DNA from: Eledone cirrhosa
Lineage: Eukaryota
Direction: 5' to 3'
Length of the DNA: 64,000 nt
Assembly: GCA_964016885.1 (NCBI GenBank)
Contig: OZ024740.1
Location: 309,070,001-309,134,000, forward strand
Shown here: positions 1 through 12,946 of the stretch, one piece after another
How positions within the stretch are numbered: the first letter of the stretch is position 1
How the letters are laid out: the number at the start of each line of letters is the position of its first letter
Position numbers and translations under genes: made by a program
Notes under the pieces: model-generated
Seen by the model: the letters and a program-made list of their open reading frames with translations, nothing else
Told to the model about the DNA's origin: nothing
Databases searched by the model: none

Positions 1-1447
1 TCATGTTTTCTTCTAATTCTTGGCAGGCAACCATTTTGTTTTAACCCTATAAGGCTTAATTTTCTGTTAAAGAAACATGTAGAGGAAATTAACCTGCTAT
101 TCTAGGAATATGAAACAAGTCAAACTAAAAAAACTCGTCTTTGAGCAATGCAAAAATACTACTTATAATAAATAAACTATTGTTTCAAATCACACAAATT
201 CCATGTATAGAAAATGGGTTATTACATTTTTTCTATGTGAGTAACATCAACAAAAATAAATAAATAAAAAGAAGTCTTTAAAGGTTTCACAGACCACTTT
301 CAATTGATGTCAAGCTTCTATAAAAATCTAATTGGTATAAATGTATCAGAAAAATGAATTGAAATAACAAACAAATAACAGCAAACTAATAATAAAAAAG
401 AAATTTTGTTGCCTGTCATACTTTTTAACATATATTTTATTTAACTCTTTTTTTTTTTATTCATTTCCTTCACCATTTACCTTATCATCATCATCACACC
501 ATCAGCATCATCGTTGTCATTGTTGTTTACCACCCTCTTTATCTGTTAACTTTCCTCTTCAAACTCTAAGCAATCTCCTAATTTTATTCACTGTTGAATG
601 GAAAAAGAACAACAATAAAATGGAAACTGCTTTTGTTGCATTGTTTAGCTGTCTTGAAGTACTGTAATATTCTTTGAATATTCCTTTCTCTAGATTTATA
701 ATTCCTATAATTCAGTCATTTCATTTGCTTCTTTTCTATCTCTGGCAATGTCTTTTAAATATTGCTCTGATGTTTTACCTGAAGTGGTTCTAAATGTTGC
801 CATGACTCACTATAAGGTAATTAAAGAAAAGAAAACAAAAGAAAGAGCAGAAAAGTTAAAAAAAAAAAAAAACCCTGAAAAAAAACCGTTTAAAGTGAGT
901 AAAATTTATTCTGGAAAAAAAAATTCAACATTAGATCCCCCTTTTATCATTGCACAATATTGTTGATTATATTTAATTCTTTTAGCTCTGTCATGCATCT
1001 TTTAAATAAACAGTTCAACATGCATCAAGCAAGCTCCTTTCATGACACTTCCATACAAACATAAACAATTCCAGATTGCACTCATACATGCAAATAATTA
1101 TTTTGATCTCTTTTTACTCATTACTCCATCTCTCTCTTTCTAACTCTCTAGCCCCCCCCCCCTTCTCTACTAATCTATTCCTCTCTCTCTCTTCCACCCC
1201 CTCTCCTTCCTTCCCTCCCTCCCTCTCTCCTTCCCTCTCTTCCCTCTCTCTTTACATATATATCTATATATATATTTATATAAAATTGTTCATTTGTTTG
1301 TCTGTTTATCTCCAATGCACTTAAAAGCCAGTGGAATAATCATGTTCAAACTTGGCATGTGAGTTCCTTAGACTCAGGAATAGGTTTTCCTCACACTTGG
1401 ACCTATATTCATTTGTTTATAAGTTTGTCTGGGTTTGGAAAAATAAT

Positions 1448-1636
1448 TGTTTATACTTTTGGCACAAGCCCAGCAATTACACAGTGCATTACTGGTACTT
1501 TATTTTATTGACCCCAAAAGGATGAAAGGCAAAGTTAACCATGGCGGGATTTGAACTCAGAATGGTAAGAGCCGTAACTCTATGTGTCAAAGCATGGCGT
1601 CTGACTCTCTACCGATACTGCCAATCCACCACCCTC
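1448..1636 (-). mobile_element. tRNA-derived SINE, young short subfamily
   Basis: On the - strand: A-box-like TGGCAGTATCGG, B-box GAGTTCAAATCCC and core GCCTTTCATCC..GGGGTCAATAAAATAAAGTACCAG. 17-bp TSD gggtttggaaaaataat at 1431-1447 and 1637-1653. Confidence 0.9.
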
Positions 1637-1714
1637 GGGTTTGGAAAAATAATGATGGTAGTCATGGAGAGAAAGAAACAGATAAAGAAAGTGAAGAGAG
1701 TAAGCAATATGCAT

Positions 1715-2960
1715 TTAACCATCCCTCACTTTCTCCTGTGTTCAATCAACATATTAGCCATCTTCTCTATCAGCAGCAGTTCATGTGGTCATACATTCTT
1801 TAGATACCATGAAGGTTTCACCCGAGGGAAGAGAATGTGATAGCTTCAGTGCATCATCTTTTCCAAAGTGGATTAGTTCAAATTTATCCTCGTTCAGTAG
1901 CATATTGTTTTTTTCTGCCCATTGGGTACAGCAAAGGATCTGATGGAAGGCATATCTAGTCTTCCATTCCATTGATGACCTTCTGGAGCTTGGAATCATC
2001 TGCAAAGATTCTTATGTGACTGTGCTTGACGATGTCAGTAATGTCATTGATATAAATAATGAAGAGAAGTGGATCCAACACAATGCCTCGTGGGACACCA
2101 CTACTTGCTGAGCTTGATTATACTCCTTCGACTGCAACATATTGGGCTTTGTTTGTCAGGAAACACTTGATTCATTATAGTAACTTTCAAGAAACACCAA
2201 TGTTGGATTGTTTTATTTTCAATAGGATGTTCTGATTAACGCTGTTAAAGGCCTTGCAGAAATCAAGGTATATGACTCAGTGTTGAATCCCTCTCCCAAA
2301 GCTCTTAAAATGACACCAAAGTGATGCAGGAACTATGTTACGCAGCTCCTTCCAGTACAGGCTGGAGTTCAGCAAATTGTTGCTTTCAAGAAAGTGATTT
2401 ATTCGTGATCTCACTATCCTTTCAAATACCTTAATGATATGAGAGGTGAGTGAGATCAGATGGTAACTCAAAAGATTTGTTTCCCTTTTTGAAAACTGGG
2501 ACAGAAAGTTTTCAGGTATTTAGCCAATGTCCAGTGAGTTCCTCCAGAGATTAGTTAAGGAGATGAAAGTTGGTGTCAACACACCTTCAGGACACTAGCA
2601 GGGAACCTATCAGGGCCTACTACTGAGTTGTGTATAATTTTGTGTATTGCCACTAAGACACCAGGGGCACCAAATGTTATGTCCAATATAGTGTGTTGGG
2701 GATTAACATCAGCCCAGATCAGCCATAGCAGTATTGTTTCTGTAGTATCTCACCCATGGTTTTAGCAGTCTTGGAGAGTACCATTTTCATCAATCAGAGA
2801 ACCAACAGTGGAGATAGTGACCTTGTGTTTTTTCACAAATAAAAAGAACACTTTGGGATTGAGTTTGATTTTCTCAATGGCCCATTCCTCCTCAGCTGAT
2901 CTTTGGTTATTGATGATGGTCTTCATGCATTGTTGGAAATTATATATATATTTTTTTTAT
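1715..2960 (-). mobile_element. decayed CR1-like non-LTR retrotransposon RT fragment
   Basis: Frameshifted RT motifs on -: ISLTSHIIKVFERIV, YLDFCKAF, GVPRGIVLDPLLFIIYIND, LNEDKFELIHFG. Confidence 0.85.
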
Positions 2961-3166
2961 TCAAGCTGTTGGCAACATTTTCTGATATAAATAATAAAAA
3001 AAAGCCATTATGATGAAAGAATTGTGATGCAAGGTGAACGGAATGGGGAACAGACAAAATTGAAAGAGAAAGGATTTAGATAAGATGATTTTATTCATTG
3101 TTATGCATGTGAATTGAATTTAGTTTGAGTAGAAATGCTTAAAGAATCAATGTAGTTAAAATATAT

Positions 3167-3515
3167 ATCATCATCATCATTTTACATCTGTTGATCCATG
3201 CCGGCATGGTTTGGATAGGTCTTTTTCAGCACAGCATCTCTCCACTTGTTGCAGTCAAAGGACTGCAACAAGTGGAGAGATGCTCTGTGAGCTTCAATGA
3301 TTTGAGATCAGCTCTCACCACTTCTGCTGTGATCTACCTTGGTCTACCTCTACTGTGGATTCCTTTTACTGGGATTTCTTGGCACTTCACCCAGCAATCA
3401 TCATCCATGTACATCACATGTCCATACTATCACAGTCTCTTCTCTTACATGTTACATCTGATTTCTCTTATACCCAGTTTTTTCTCCTTCCACCCAAGCT
3501 TCGTCATTCCCACAC
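3167..3515 (-). mobile_element. RTE LINE 3' end fragment with (GAT)n tail
   Basis: Clearly homologous to 61310-61630 (tccttttactgggatttcttggcacttc...catcacatgtccatac); (CAT)n at the left boundary. Confidence 0.8.
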
Positions 3516-3690
3516 ATTATATATATATTTTTGCATTTGTGTATCTTTAGTACAAAGCAGAAAAGAGATTTTAATAGCACCATTCTACCACTGTGTGATA
3601 GTTCTGGATCTATAGCACCATTCTATCTCAACGATAAAAGGGTTGTATGGAAACTTGAAAAGTGCTTTTAAAAATATTTTAGACAATAAT

Positions 3691-4113
3691 TGTTTCTACT
3701 TTAGACACAAGGCCAGCAATTATCCCAGTGTATTACTGGTACTTTATTTTATCGACCCCGTAACGATGAAAGGCAAACATTTGAACTCAGACCATAAAGG
3801 GCCGTAACTCTGTGCTGCAAAGCATGGCGTCCGACCCTCTACCGATACTGCCAATCCACGGCCCTCAATTTTAGACAATAATGGTTTCTAGTTTAGGCAC
3901 AAGGACAGTATTTTTTTTTTTTGGTGGGAGCGATTAGTCAATCATTTCGCTCCCCTCCCCCAGTACTTAATTGACATATTATTTTAGTCAATAATTGTTT
4001 CTACTTTTTGGCACAAGGCCAGCAATTACCCAGTGCATTACTGGTACTTTATTTTATTGACCCCGTAAGGATGAAAGGCAAAGTCAACCTCAGCGGGATT
4101 TGAACTCAGATCG
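3691..4113 (-). mobile_element. cluster of three tRNA-derived SINE copies/fragments
   Basis: Copy 3691-3867 has TSD attttagacaataat (3676-3690, 3868-3882). A 3' fragment lies at about 3883-3985. A 5'-truncated copy at about 3995-4113 has TSD tttagtcaataattg. Confidence 0.88.
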
Positions 4114-4425
4114 TTTAGTCAATAATTGAAGCTTATCAGTACAACTAATAATCAGTTAGCAAAATTGGATGATTTCTTTTTCATGTTTTTCAACTAGGGT
4201 TTTATCATCATCATTTTTACATGCTTGCATGGATTTTAAGAAAATATTTAGGACTACTCCCAGCTTTTGATATTCTGGGTTGGAGAAACTTTTGTAATTG
4301 TTATTTTTAACATTTTATGTGTTTAACCACCATTTACCATGTAGTATTTGACACAAAACTTAGTGCACAAGACATACTGCACAAAATTAGATTTAGAATT
4401 GTACAAGCAGGGGGTTAACTGCACA

Positions 4426-4576
4426 TTAACCTTTCATGGTTGCATTTCTAGTGAAATGCACTCTATCTTAATTAATTTATAAAGAATTTTGATTTAAATT
4501 TGAAACTTTTAAAATGGGTAGTTTTATTTCATAGAACCAGAGCTGGTTTTGACTGGGTTGGTAACTAAAGGGTTAA
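4426..4576. mobile_element. piggyBac-like MITE (family A, internally deleted)
   Basis: TTAA-CCTTT...AAAGGG-TTAA ends; internal sequence shared with 23931-24170 and 48962-49353. Confidence 0.7.
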
Positions 4577-4984
4577 AATAATCACTGCTGCAGTTTTTTT
4601 CTAATTGTTTTGTCAGGAAAGTAAGGACAATCCTCGGGACCATTTTCAGGTGCTTTGAGACTGTCAGGAGGGGAGGATCCTACCCTCAAACCAGAGAGCC
4701 GGTCCAAATGCTTTCAACATTGAGGACCCCAGAGGGTGGTATTAAACTGGATGATGAAATTAGTCTCCCACCTAAATTGGCTACAATGGGATTTAACATC
4801 AGAATGCAAAGAGCTTAAAAAAATAACACTAGATATCTTGTCTAATGCTTTAACAATCCTACCAATCCAGTACTCTGGACTGGTACTTTGTTTTATCAAA
4901 CCTGAAAGACTGAAAGGCATAGATGAACTTAGTGTGCAGAGAGGTGGAACAAATATTGCATGGCATTTTGTCATCTAACAGCCA

Positions 4985-5230
4985 GATCTCTTGTAGTATT
5001 CATTCTGGCTGTCTGAGTTCAAATTCCGCTGAGATAAACTTTACCTTTTATCCTTTCAAGGTCGATAAAAAAAAGTACCTGTCCAGTACTGGGGTAAATT
5101 CTTCCTCTAAATCTATTTATCACTCTCTATCATTCTCTCACCTCTAGAAGAAATCAGCTGTGTTCAAACCTGGAGAGGGGATAGTCTCTGCCAGGTTTAA
5201 AACACTGTATGTCAAGACGGCAGTCCTATG
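4985..5230 (+). mobile_element. SINE with same head/core but alternative 3' body
   Basis: gagttcaaattccgctgag..cctttcaaggtcgataaa..gtacc followed by aagaaatcagctgtgttcaaacctggagagggg; related to 16850-17070, 27960-28495 and 51510-51885. Confidence 0.7.
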
Positions 5231-6005
5231 ACTTCATACATACATATATAATTGTTCCTACATTTAAAATAATTGCTGCATCTCAATATCGAGAATTGCC
5301 AACCCATGACTTTTCTCGTACATAAGTGGTGCGAGCATGAATTTTTAGCCCTTCCAAGGGCATAGATTCCTTTCTGTATATGCTGCAGCAAAAGAAAAAA
5401 GAAAAGGCCATGCTCATGCAACATACATGCCTGTGCTTGAAGCTTTTTTAAGTGAAGAAAGGCCTTGTGCTGGACCAATCCCACTCTCTAAACAACAGTG
5501 ACAGGGGTCCCAAAAGAAGAATAGTTCAACATCTTTGACTGCCATTGAGTTGTAGGTTTTAAATCAGAGTTTTCCTTCTAGAAAGATGTCTTAACAAGAA
5601 CTAGGGGTCTCTCACTCTGGGTGAACTAGCTACATCCTCAGGCATGAGACTTAACATTTCCATGTCCCCATACATACATTAGTACATCTATCCAGTAGTT
5701 GTGATGTTCTACAACTATTGGGACTTCTGTGAGAAATACAATATGATAAACATTCTCTTATTTTAACTTTACTTCTTAGTTTTTCCTTTTAATCTGTTGT
5801 ATTCTTTTGTTTCAATTTTGGTCTCATTTGTTGATTCCAAATGATGAATATATCTCACCCACTCATGGAAAAATAGACGTAAAGCGGTGATGATGCTGAT
5901 CGTACACTTTCTCATTCTCCCTCCTGTCTTATATTTCCCTATTTTTTTTCTCATTGATCCCCTGCTTTCACTTGTTTCTCAAATTGTCTACATCACTGTT
6001 TGCTC

Positions 6006-6038
<33 letters not shown>

Positions 6039-6820
6039 GTTAGTCCTGCTGTTTCATTTACACCACTCCTCTTCTCTCTTATCCTCCCTACCACTGCTGT
6101 CTACTTCTTTTCTTTGTATCTTTCTTTCTTGTTTGTCTCTCACTCTACCTTTTATGTCCAGCTAACTGTTTGCTATTCCCATTCTTTATTTCTGTCCACC
6201 ATTTAGCATTCTAATTTGTTTGGAAAACGAATCTATTCAATTTTCTATATTGTTATTTTTAAAATATCAGTTTATCATGATAGATACACTGTCCACATAT
6301 TCCACAGGGATTGTTGGAAAAAGAGGAACTTGTAATATTTGTGTTTCAATAAAGGTCTTTTATAGCATCTGAAAACTTATCTGACACAGCACAATATAAT
6401 GCAATTTATGTGTGCATGTGTGTGTATCTAGTATAATTGGATAACCATTTATATAGTACTGGATTATTATGTATGTTACCTGTTTACACTGGATATATAA
6501 TACTGGACTACTGTAAGTATATGGGGATACAGTTTTGAATCCAAATCTACTCTATGCAGTTTACCTTAGGTATTACACATTATTCTACTCAATGTATTTC
6601 ACCTAAAATATGCTGTATATTTCTGGAATATTACCTGATACAGACTAGCATACTATCCATGTTAGAATTATTTTTAATCTGTTTAATGTTAAGAAACAGA
6701 AGACCATTTCCTAAGCATTTAGTGACCACATTTCTAATGCCAGTATGGAGAACAAGGATAAATTATATCTGACATAGTTGATTGGAGAATTGTTTCCATC
6801 ATTATTGTAATTTCACCAAG

Positions 6821-7160
6821 GGCGGTGGATTGGCAGTATCGGTAGAGGGTCGTACGACATGCTTTGCAGCATAGTTACAGCTCTTTATGATCTAAGTTCA
6901 AATCCCACCGAGGTTAACTTTGCCTTTCATCCTTACGGGGTCGATAAAATAAAGTACTAGTCACGCAATGGGGTTGATTTAATCGACCCCCCCCCCCCCT
7001 AATTGCTGGCCCTGTGCCTATATAAGAAACCATTATTATAATTCCACCAAGGTTAACTTTACCTTTCATCCTTATGGGATTGATAAAATAAAGTACCAGT
7101 CACATACTGGGGTTGATGTAATCGACTTTCTCCTCCCTACAAATTGTTGACCTTGTGCCT
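6821..7160 (+). mobile_element. two adjacent tRNA-derived SINEs (full-length plus 5'-truncated)
   Basis: gggcggtggattggcagtatcggtagag head and B box aagttcaaatccc; approximately 20-bp imperfect duplication attattgtaatttcaccaag / attattataattccaccaag around the first copy. Confidence 0.88.
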
Positions 7161-7194
7161 AAATTAGAAACAATTATTATAGATATATTTCATT

Positions 7195-7820
7195 AAGGTG
7201 GCAGTGTGTGAATGTAGAGGTATTCACTTCAAGTTTCTCTATAGTAAGGGCATCCAACTGTAGAAACCATGCCAAAAAATGGGATGTAATGTCTCTTCAG
7301 TTGTGTCAAGGGAACAATAACCACTCTAGTGTTGATGACATGATAAAACATACCCAGTACAGTCTGTAAAGTGAAGGAATGTGTGCAAGTCTAGAATTTA
7401 TTCTAAATTATTATTTCCTTGAATTGTTTATCATTAGAGTTATAATGGGGTAGTGCTGGTGCCATGATAAAATACACCCAGCCCACTCTGTAAAATAGTA
7501 ATGATGAGTGCCATGAAAAAATGCACCAACCCTTGTCTGTAAAGTGGTAGTGCTGGTGCCATTTTAAAAAGCATACAGTCCACCTTATAATGTGGCAGTG
7601 CTGGTTACATGACAAAAAGGACTGTCTACCCTGTAGAAAATGCTCCCAGTTCACACTGTAAAGTGGTTGACATTAGGAAGGGTATCCAGCCATAGAAACC
7701 ATGTAAAAAAACAAAACATATGACCAAGATGTGATTACCTGACTGGTCTAGTCCATCATCTAACTCATACATAGAAAATAGATGTTGAATGGTTATGATG
7801 TTGGTGGTGATGATGATGAT
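7195..7820 (+). mobile_element. (ATG)n-tailed SINE with internal ~45-50 bp subrepeats and RTE-like tail
   Basis: Repeated aaaa..cacccag..ctgtaaagtggt units, attaggaagggtatccagcc and atagaaaatagatgtt..(gat)n end; same family at 12320-12500, 16430-16795, 47010-47250, 52630-52845, 53370-53680 and 58705-59185. Confidence 0.7.
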
Positions 7821-8719
7821 AATACTATATAGGTGCCTTGTGGTAGACTGACAGAATATGGACCAATAGTAAACTAATGTGAGTGATGAAATTTGATCAG
7901 TCTCAAGTGTCACATTCACTATTACCTCTGTGTTATGTGTTAAAAGAAGTCAATGTAAGTGGAGTGTTCCGTTTACTCAACTACTTTGGCAATTTAGTCC
8001 AATAGCTAAACATTCTGAAAAAGAGCAGAGGAGAAGGAAAGCCAGGTGGGAGGTAGATTACCACTTAATATCTTCCATAAGCTATATTTTGTTTATTTCT
8101 TCCTGTAGGGTGGTGCAACATAAACTTTTTAGAAAACATGTTTTTCTCACATATTGAGTAGGTAGAGTTTGATTTCAAATCAAGTGTTTTTCCATTTTAG
8201 ACTAACTGCTCTTTTATGTTGATAGTCATTTGGTCAAAAGATAGATAAGAGTGATGTAAGCTTAATGACTGCAGTTCTGGGAGATGGAATGTAAATTAAT
8301 TCAAATTAGTCATTCATTCTTCCTGAATTAGTAACATTTATAACAGATTAACTAATGATGTGTGTGAGGGATAAAATTGTAAATAAGCAAAATGACAAGA
8401 TATATGAGCTTGGCTTGTCTCATTTGGGGATACAGCTGGATCAGTTGGAAACAGTTTCCTCTGATAGAACCTCTGAATAAGTGGGCAAAGAAGACAAGAT
8501 ATTTGACATTTTTTCTTAATCAGTCAGAACAATATTTGGGTGATTACATTTGTAAATGGCTTCTCAGCTCTAATGGTTGTTCAACTCTTAACATCCTGTA
8601 ATGATTTAGCAGAAAATATCTACCAACAGGTTCCTTAATTCAAATATTTATTGTATCTTTACTATTGTAAAAATTTGATGCAGTAATAGTGTTGTTTTCT
8701 ACTTTTATTGACAGTAAAA

Positions 8720-9100
8720 TAGGGCTCGACATATTCAGGGTCAATATTTGGCCAATTTTCATCAACTTCAAAGTCGATGTAAAATCTTTTTGACAGTGAA
8801 TATTACACTGGTTTCACTTTGGAAGTGAAATTTGTTCTTCCTATTGTCTTTTAGGTGTTTTGACTGAATATGGCCTTCAAAACAGCCAGAAATTGGTTAA
8901 AAAATCATTACATAATGGAGTTTTGAAACAAAAACTATACTCTAAATGACACTTAAAACATTTTAAAAATCAAAATATTAAAACTTCTTAAAGATATTCT
9001 CAATTTAAGCATAATATGTTTATTAGCTGCTTCAACTTATACACAGGGTTTGGATTTCTGCCCTTTTCTCAGACATAAAATAGGAGGTCGGCTTATATTC
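8720..9100. mobile_element. Tigger/pogo-like non-autonomous DNA transposon remnant
   Basis: About 8890-9100 closely matches 18390-18605; subterminal ggtcggcttatattcga motif; shorter copy at 53230-53293. Confidence 0.6.
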
Positions 9101-9854
9101 GAATCGCCATTTTGTCCACAGAGCGCAACCGAAACACCACTCTGACTTAGGTGTAGAGTCTGTCACCATCTCCCCTTCTTCCTTTCTTTCTTTGTCTAGT
9201 AGTCCTTGCTCTTCCCTTCCTTTTCCTTTCATTTATGGCATTTATAGTCATTTCCAATGCTACTTTCTTTTTCTGTATGTTTAACCAATTTATATTTAAT
9301 AAACAATTGAGTATATGTGGTTGTATGTATGATATTTGAGTAGCAAATCTGGGATAGGCTATGATTGAACAGAAGCCATTTGGTGATGAATGATATTCTC
9401 TACTTTCATTACATTTACCACAAGATGACTTTAGGCTTTCTTACTCTGAAATTGTTGAACTGGTAAAAGTATTTCCAAACACCTATCTCACTAAATCTGT
9501 TACAAAATCTTGACAGAACATTTTACTGGAAACTATCCTCTGTCAATGTGGCTTTCTTGTGAGAAGATATTTGCTTTATTTCTCCTGAGTATCGTTTTTC
9601 ACACCATATCTCTTTTTCATTTTTTTCTTTCTCTCTTTTCGCTAGTTGCAATAGGAATTTTAAATTACTTATTAAAAAAAAGGAGAGAAAAAGAGAAAAA
9701 AAATCAGGTTGACTTCTTTAACAATGTGGTTGCTATAGTAATAAATATCTTTTTAGTCTTTCTGTTCAGAAAAACAAAAGAAAACAATGATTGAAAACAT
9801 GCCTGTTGAATGATTTATTATTGTTATAAAGTCTCCAGTAATCAGCAAAATAGG

Positions 9855-10060
9855 AAAATTCTTCACTGTTGGACTTGACAAATTCTCTTATCAATTCTGT
9901 TGTCATTTCCAAAGTTGACTATTGTAACTCCCCTTCCTATATTCCTCCTTCCCTTATCTTCTAGAAAATACTGAAAAATGTTTAAACTGGAAAACAATCA
10001 CACTTGTGTTAATGGCAAGATTCCTTTTGAAAAGAATATTTCGACCAACATTCAACAGCA
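9855..10060 (+). mobile_element. old L2-like LINE RT C-terminal remnant
   Basis: gtcatttccaaagttgactattgtaactccctt translates to VISKVDYCNSL, the L2-type SRLDYCNSLL motif. Confidence 0.55.
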
Positions 10061-10444
10061 CAAATTAATTACTAATGGAAATTCATATATGCTCTTAAAA
10101 TATTTTGATCCATGTCTTAATAGCTGTTTTGTTTATCAATGAGCATTTGTTAAGAAATGTGTCAAGGAAACAAGTTTAAAGAATATTAATTAGGGTTCTA
10201 AAATTGAGAATGGAATAAGAAATTTTTGAATAACTTGAATTTCCATAACAAATGCAAAACTTGACTGAAAAATCCCCCGAATTCAAATAAATAGTCCCTA
10301 GATGTTTTGTGTAGACAACTTTAAATAGAGCAAAAGTTGTATTCATACATTTTTTTTAAATTGTTATTTTCAACACTATTGCTATTGTCATCATCTTATT
10401 TCATAGCACTGTCATTTTTAATAATCTCACACCATTGTTACTTA

Positions 10445-10790
10445 TGTCACCACTGCCATCTCCACCTTCACTGCTATCTCCATCCCCACCTCCACCACTA
10501 TCTCCACCTCCATTTCCACCTCCACCCCCACCACCATCTTCACCTCTATTGGCATCTCCACTGCTATCTCCATCTCCACCTCCACCACTATCTCCACCTC
10601 CATTTCCACCCACCCCCACCTCCACCTCCACCACCATCTTCACCTCTATTGGCATCTCCACTGCTATCTCCATCTCCACCTCCACCACTATCTCCACCTC
10701 CATTTCCACCCACCCCCACCTCCACCTCCACCACCATCTTCACCTCTACTGGCATCTCCACTGCCATCTCCATCTCCACCGCACGCCACC
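10445..10790. repeat. C-rich higher-order tandem repeat (90-100 bp units built from CTCCA(C/T) hexamers)
   Basis: ctgc(t/c)atctc recurs at 10471, 10561, 10661 and 10761 (periods 90, 100, 100). Confidence 0.9.
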
Positions 10791-11371
10791 TCAACCCCCA
10801 CAGTCGCCATAACCATCTCCACAACCATTTCCACCACCACCACCACCACAACCACAACAGGCATGACATTTCAACAAAAATCTACATGACTAGTTTATAT
10901 CAACTTCATATCAACTTTTGTTGCACCATAAAATAATCCAGATGACTGAAGTGTCAAAATAGAATAAATAAACTCATCATATGTGTTCTCCAGTAAGGTA
11001 GCATAGCATACATACTACTTTAGAGAGGTAGCTCTGTGTATGCACCGCTCTCTCTGCAAGTGTGCCTGTGTGATATGTATATGTGTGAATGGATGTTTTG
11101 GGATATGGCTGTTGAATGGATGTATGATTTTGCAACCTCATGGTGTCCAGTTTCCAGTTCCATCCTCCTAGTGTGTCACTTTGAGCAAGTGTTTTCACTG
11201 TTAAAAACAGTGTTTAAACAAACTTTCTATTCTATTCTAGGTAATAGGGTGGATGATTGAATATTCTGAAGCCCTTTGTTAAAAACAAAAACAAAATAAA
11301 ACAAAATAAAACTGAAAAAGATAAAAACCTTAAAACAATATCACAGCAAAACAATATGAATAACAACAATA

Positions 11372-12030
11372 ATAATTGTTTCTACTTTTGACATGAGGTG
11401 AGGAAAGCAATTTGAAGGGAATGGGAAAGTTGATTAAATTGACTCCAATGCATTACTGGTATATAAGTTTATCGACTCCATAATGATGAAACATAAAGCG
11501 AGCTTTGACGGGATTTGAACTCAGAACTTAAAGGGAGGGAAATCTATGCTGTAAAGCATGTTTTCTGACGCTCTACTGATTAATAATGGCTTCTAATTAC
11601 GGTACAAGGCCATTATATTGATCCCAGTTCTTGACTGGTACTTTATTTTACCAACTGTGGAAGGATGAAAGGAAAAGTTGACCTTGGCGAGATTTGAACA
11701 AACACTGCAAAGCATTTTCTCTGCTGCTCTCTCTAGCTATTCTCTCAATCTATCATCAACAATAATAATAATTGTTTCTACATTTGGCACAAGGCCAGCA
11801 ATTACCCAGTACATTACTGGTACTTTATTTTATCGACCCTGTAAGGATGAAAGGCAAAGTTTACCTCGGCAGGATTTGAACTCAGATCGTAAGGGGACGT
11901 AACTATGCTGGAAAGCATGTCCGACCCTCTACCGATACTGCCCAGATTTAGGCTCAAGGCCAGCAATTTTGGGGGAGGGGAAAGTCAATTAAATCAACCC
12001 CATTGCTTACTGGTACTTTATTTTACCGAC
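11372..12030 (-). mobile_element. cluster of four SINE copies/fragments
   Basis: SINE 3' motif (aataattgtttctac..ggcac/aaggcc) starts at about 11372, 11582 and 11770, with a further fragment from about 11945; core tggtactttattttatcgac. Confidence 0.85.
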
Positions 12031-12946
12031 AATAATAATAATAAACCTAAATTGTGTAATAGAGATTAGGCTTTGTGCCTACTTCTGCTTCCTGGATTTA
12101 ATAATGAAACAAAGTTGATAACTAATACTATTAAATATAGTAATTTCCAATGTGGTAGTTAAATGAAATTCATAAATATCAACATTAAACTTAATTTAAA
12201 AGCAGAAACTGAATATATTTGTCCAATAAATCAATAGAAATTTCAAAATTGATTTACCTACATATTAGAAAAAAATATTTGTGAATGCTTTATGTGTAAT
12301 ATGTTTGAGGTACAGGGTTAATAGAAGCATGGTTGGTGTTAGGAAGGGCATCCAACTGTAGAAACCAAGCCCAAATCAATTCTGTATGACCAAGACATGG
12401 TCATCTGACCTAGCTTGTCTAACAATGGGACAGTTTGTCTAACACATGCTAACATGGAGAAATAAATGTTAAACAGTGATGATGATGATGATGATGATGA
12501 TTTCATTATTGAAAATGTCAACACATTGGTCTTTCAGTATCCACAGATATCTGGACAAGGATATCATGTTTTTTCCTCTCATTGATGAAGTTGGATGTAT
12601 GGTTGAACAAACAACTTTTGAATCAGCTTTTGCACATTTTGTTGAATTCAAAACAATACATTTTCCATCATTTCAGACTTCACACCCATATTTCATCTAT
12701 CAAACAAAATAAAAATGTTAAAAAATCAACGATTACTTAGTCATGCAATGATGATAATTTGTTGCAGTAATAAGCTCCAACATACACTGTCCCTGTCATT
12801 ACATACATGCACTTAATATTTTCTTTATAGCAAAATTTACACAGGGTCACTTAGCTTGATTGGCAACATAGCAGTTTAGTCTGTGATAATCGGGTTTAAT
12901 CATACTTTAATGCTTTTTATTTTTCTCTTCTTGTTTGGTATGTATA

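Noticed and set aside
6821-6915. tRNA genes at A/B-box sequences
   Set aside because: The boxes belong to SINE heads followed by the SINE core and TSDs; no complete cloverleaf.
10337-10936. His/Pro/Gly-rich ORFs (extensin- or formin-like)
   Set aside because: Low-complexity repeat open in several frames on both strands, with a 100-bp period and no splice support.
12500-12712. 78-aa + strand ORF as a host exon (likewise 45640-45720)
   Set aside because: It starts in an (ATG)n SINE tail, has no recognisable domain and no convincing flanking splice sites.
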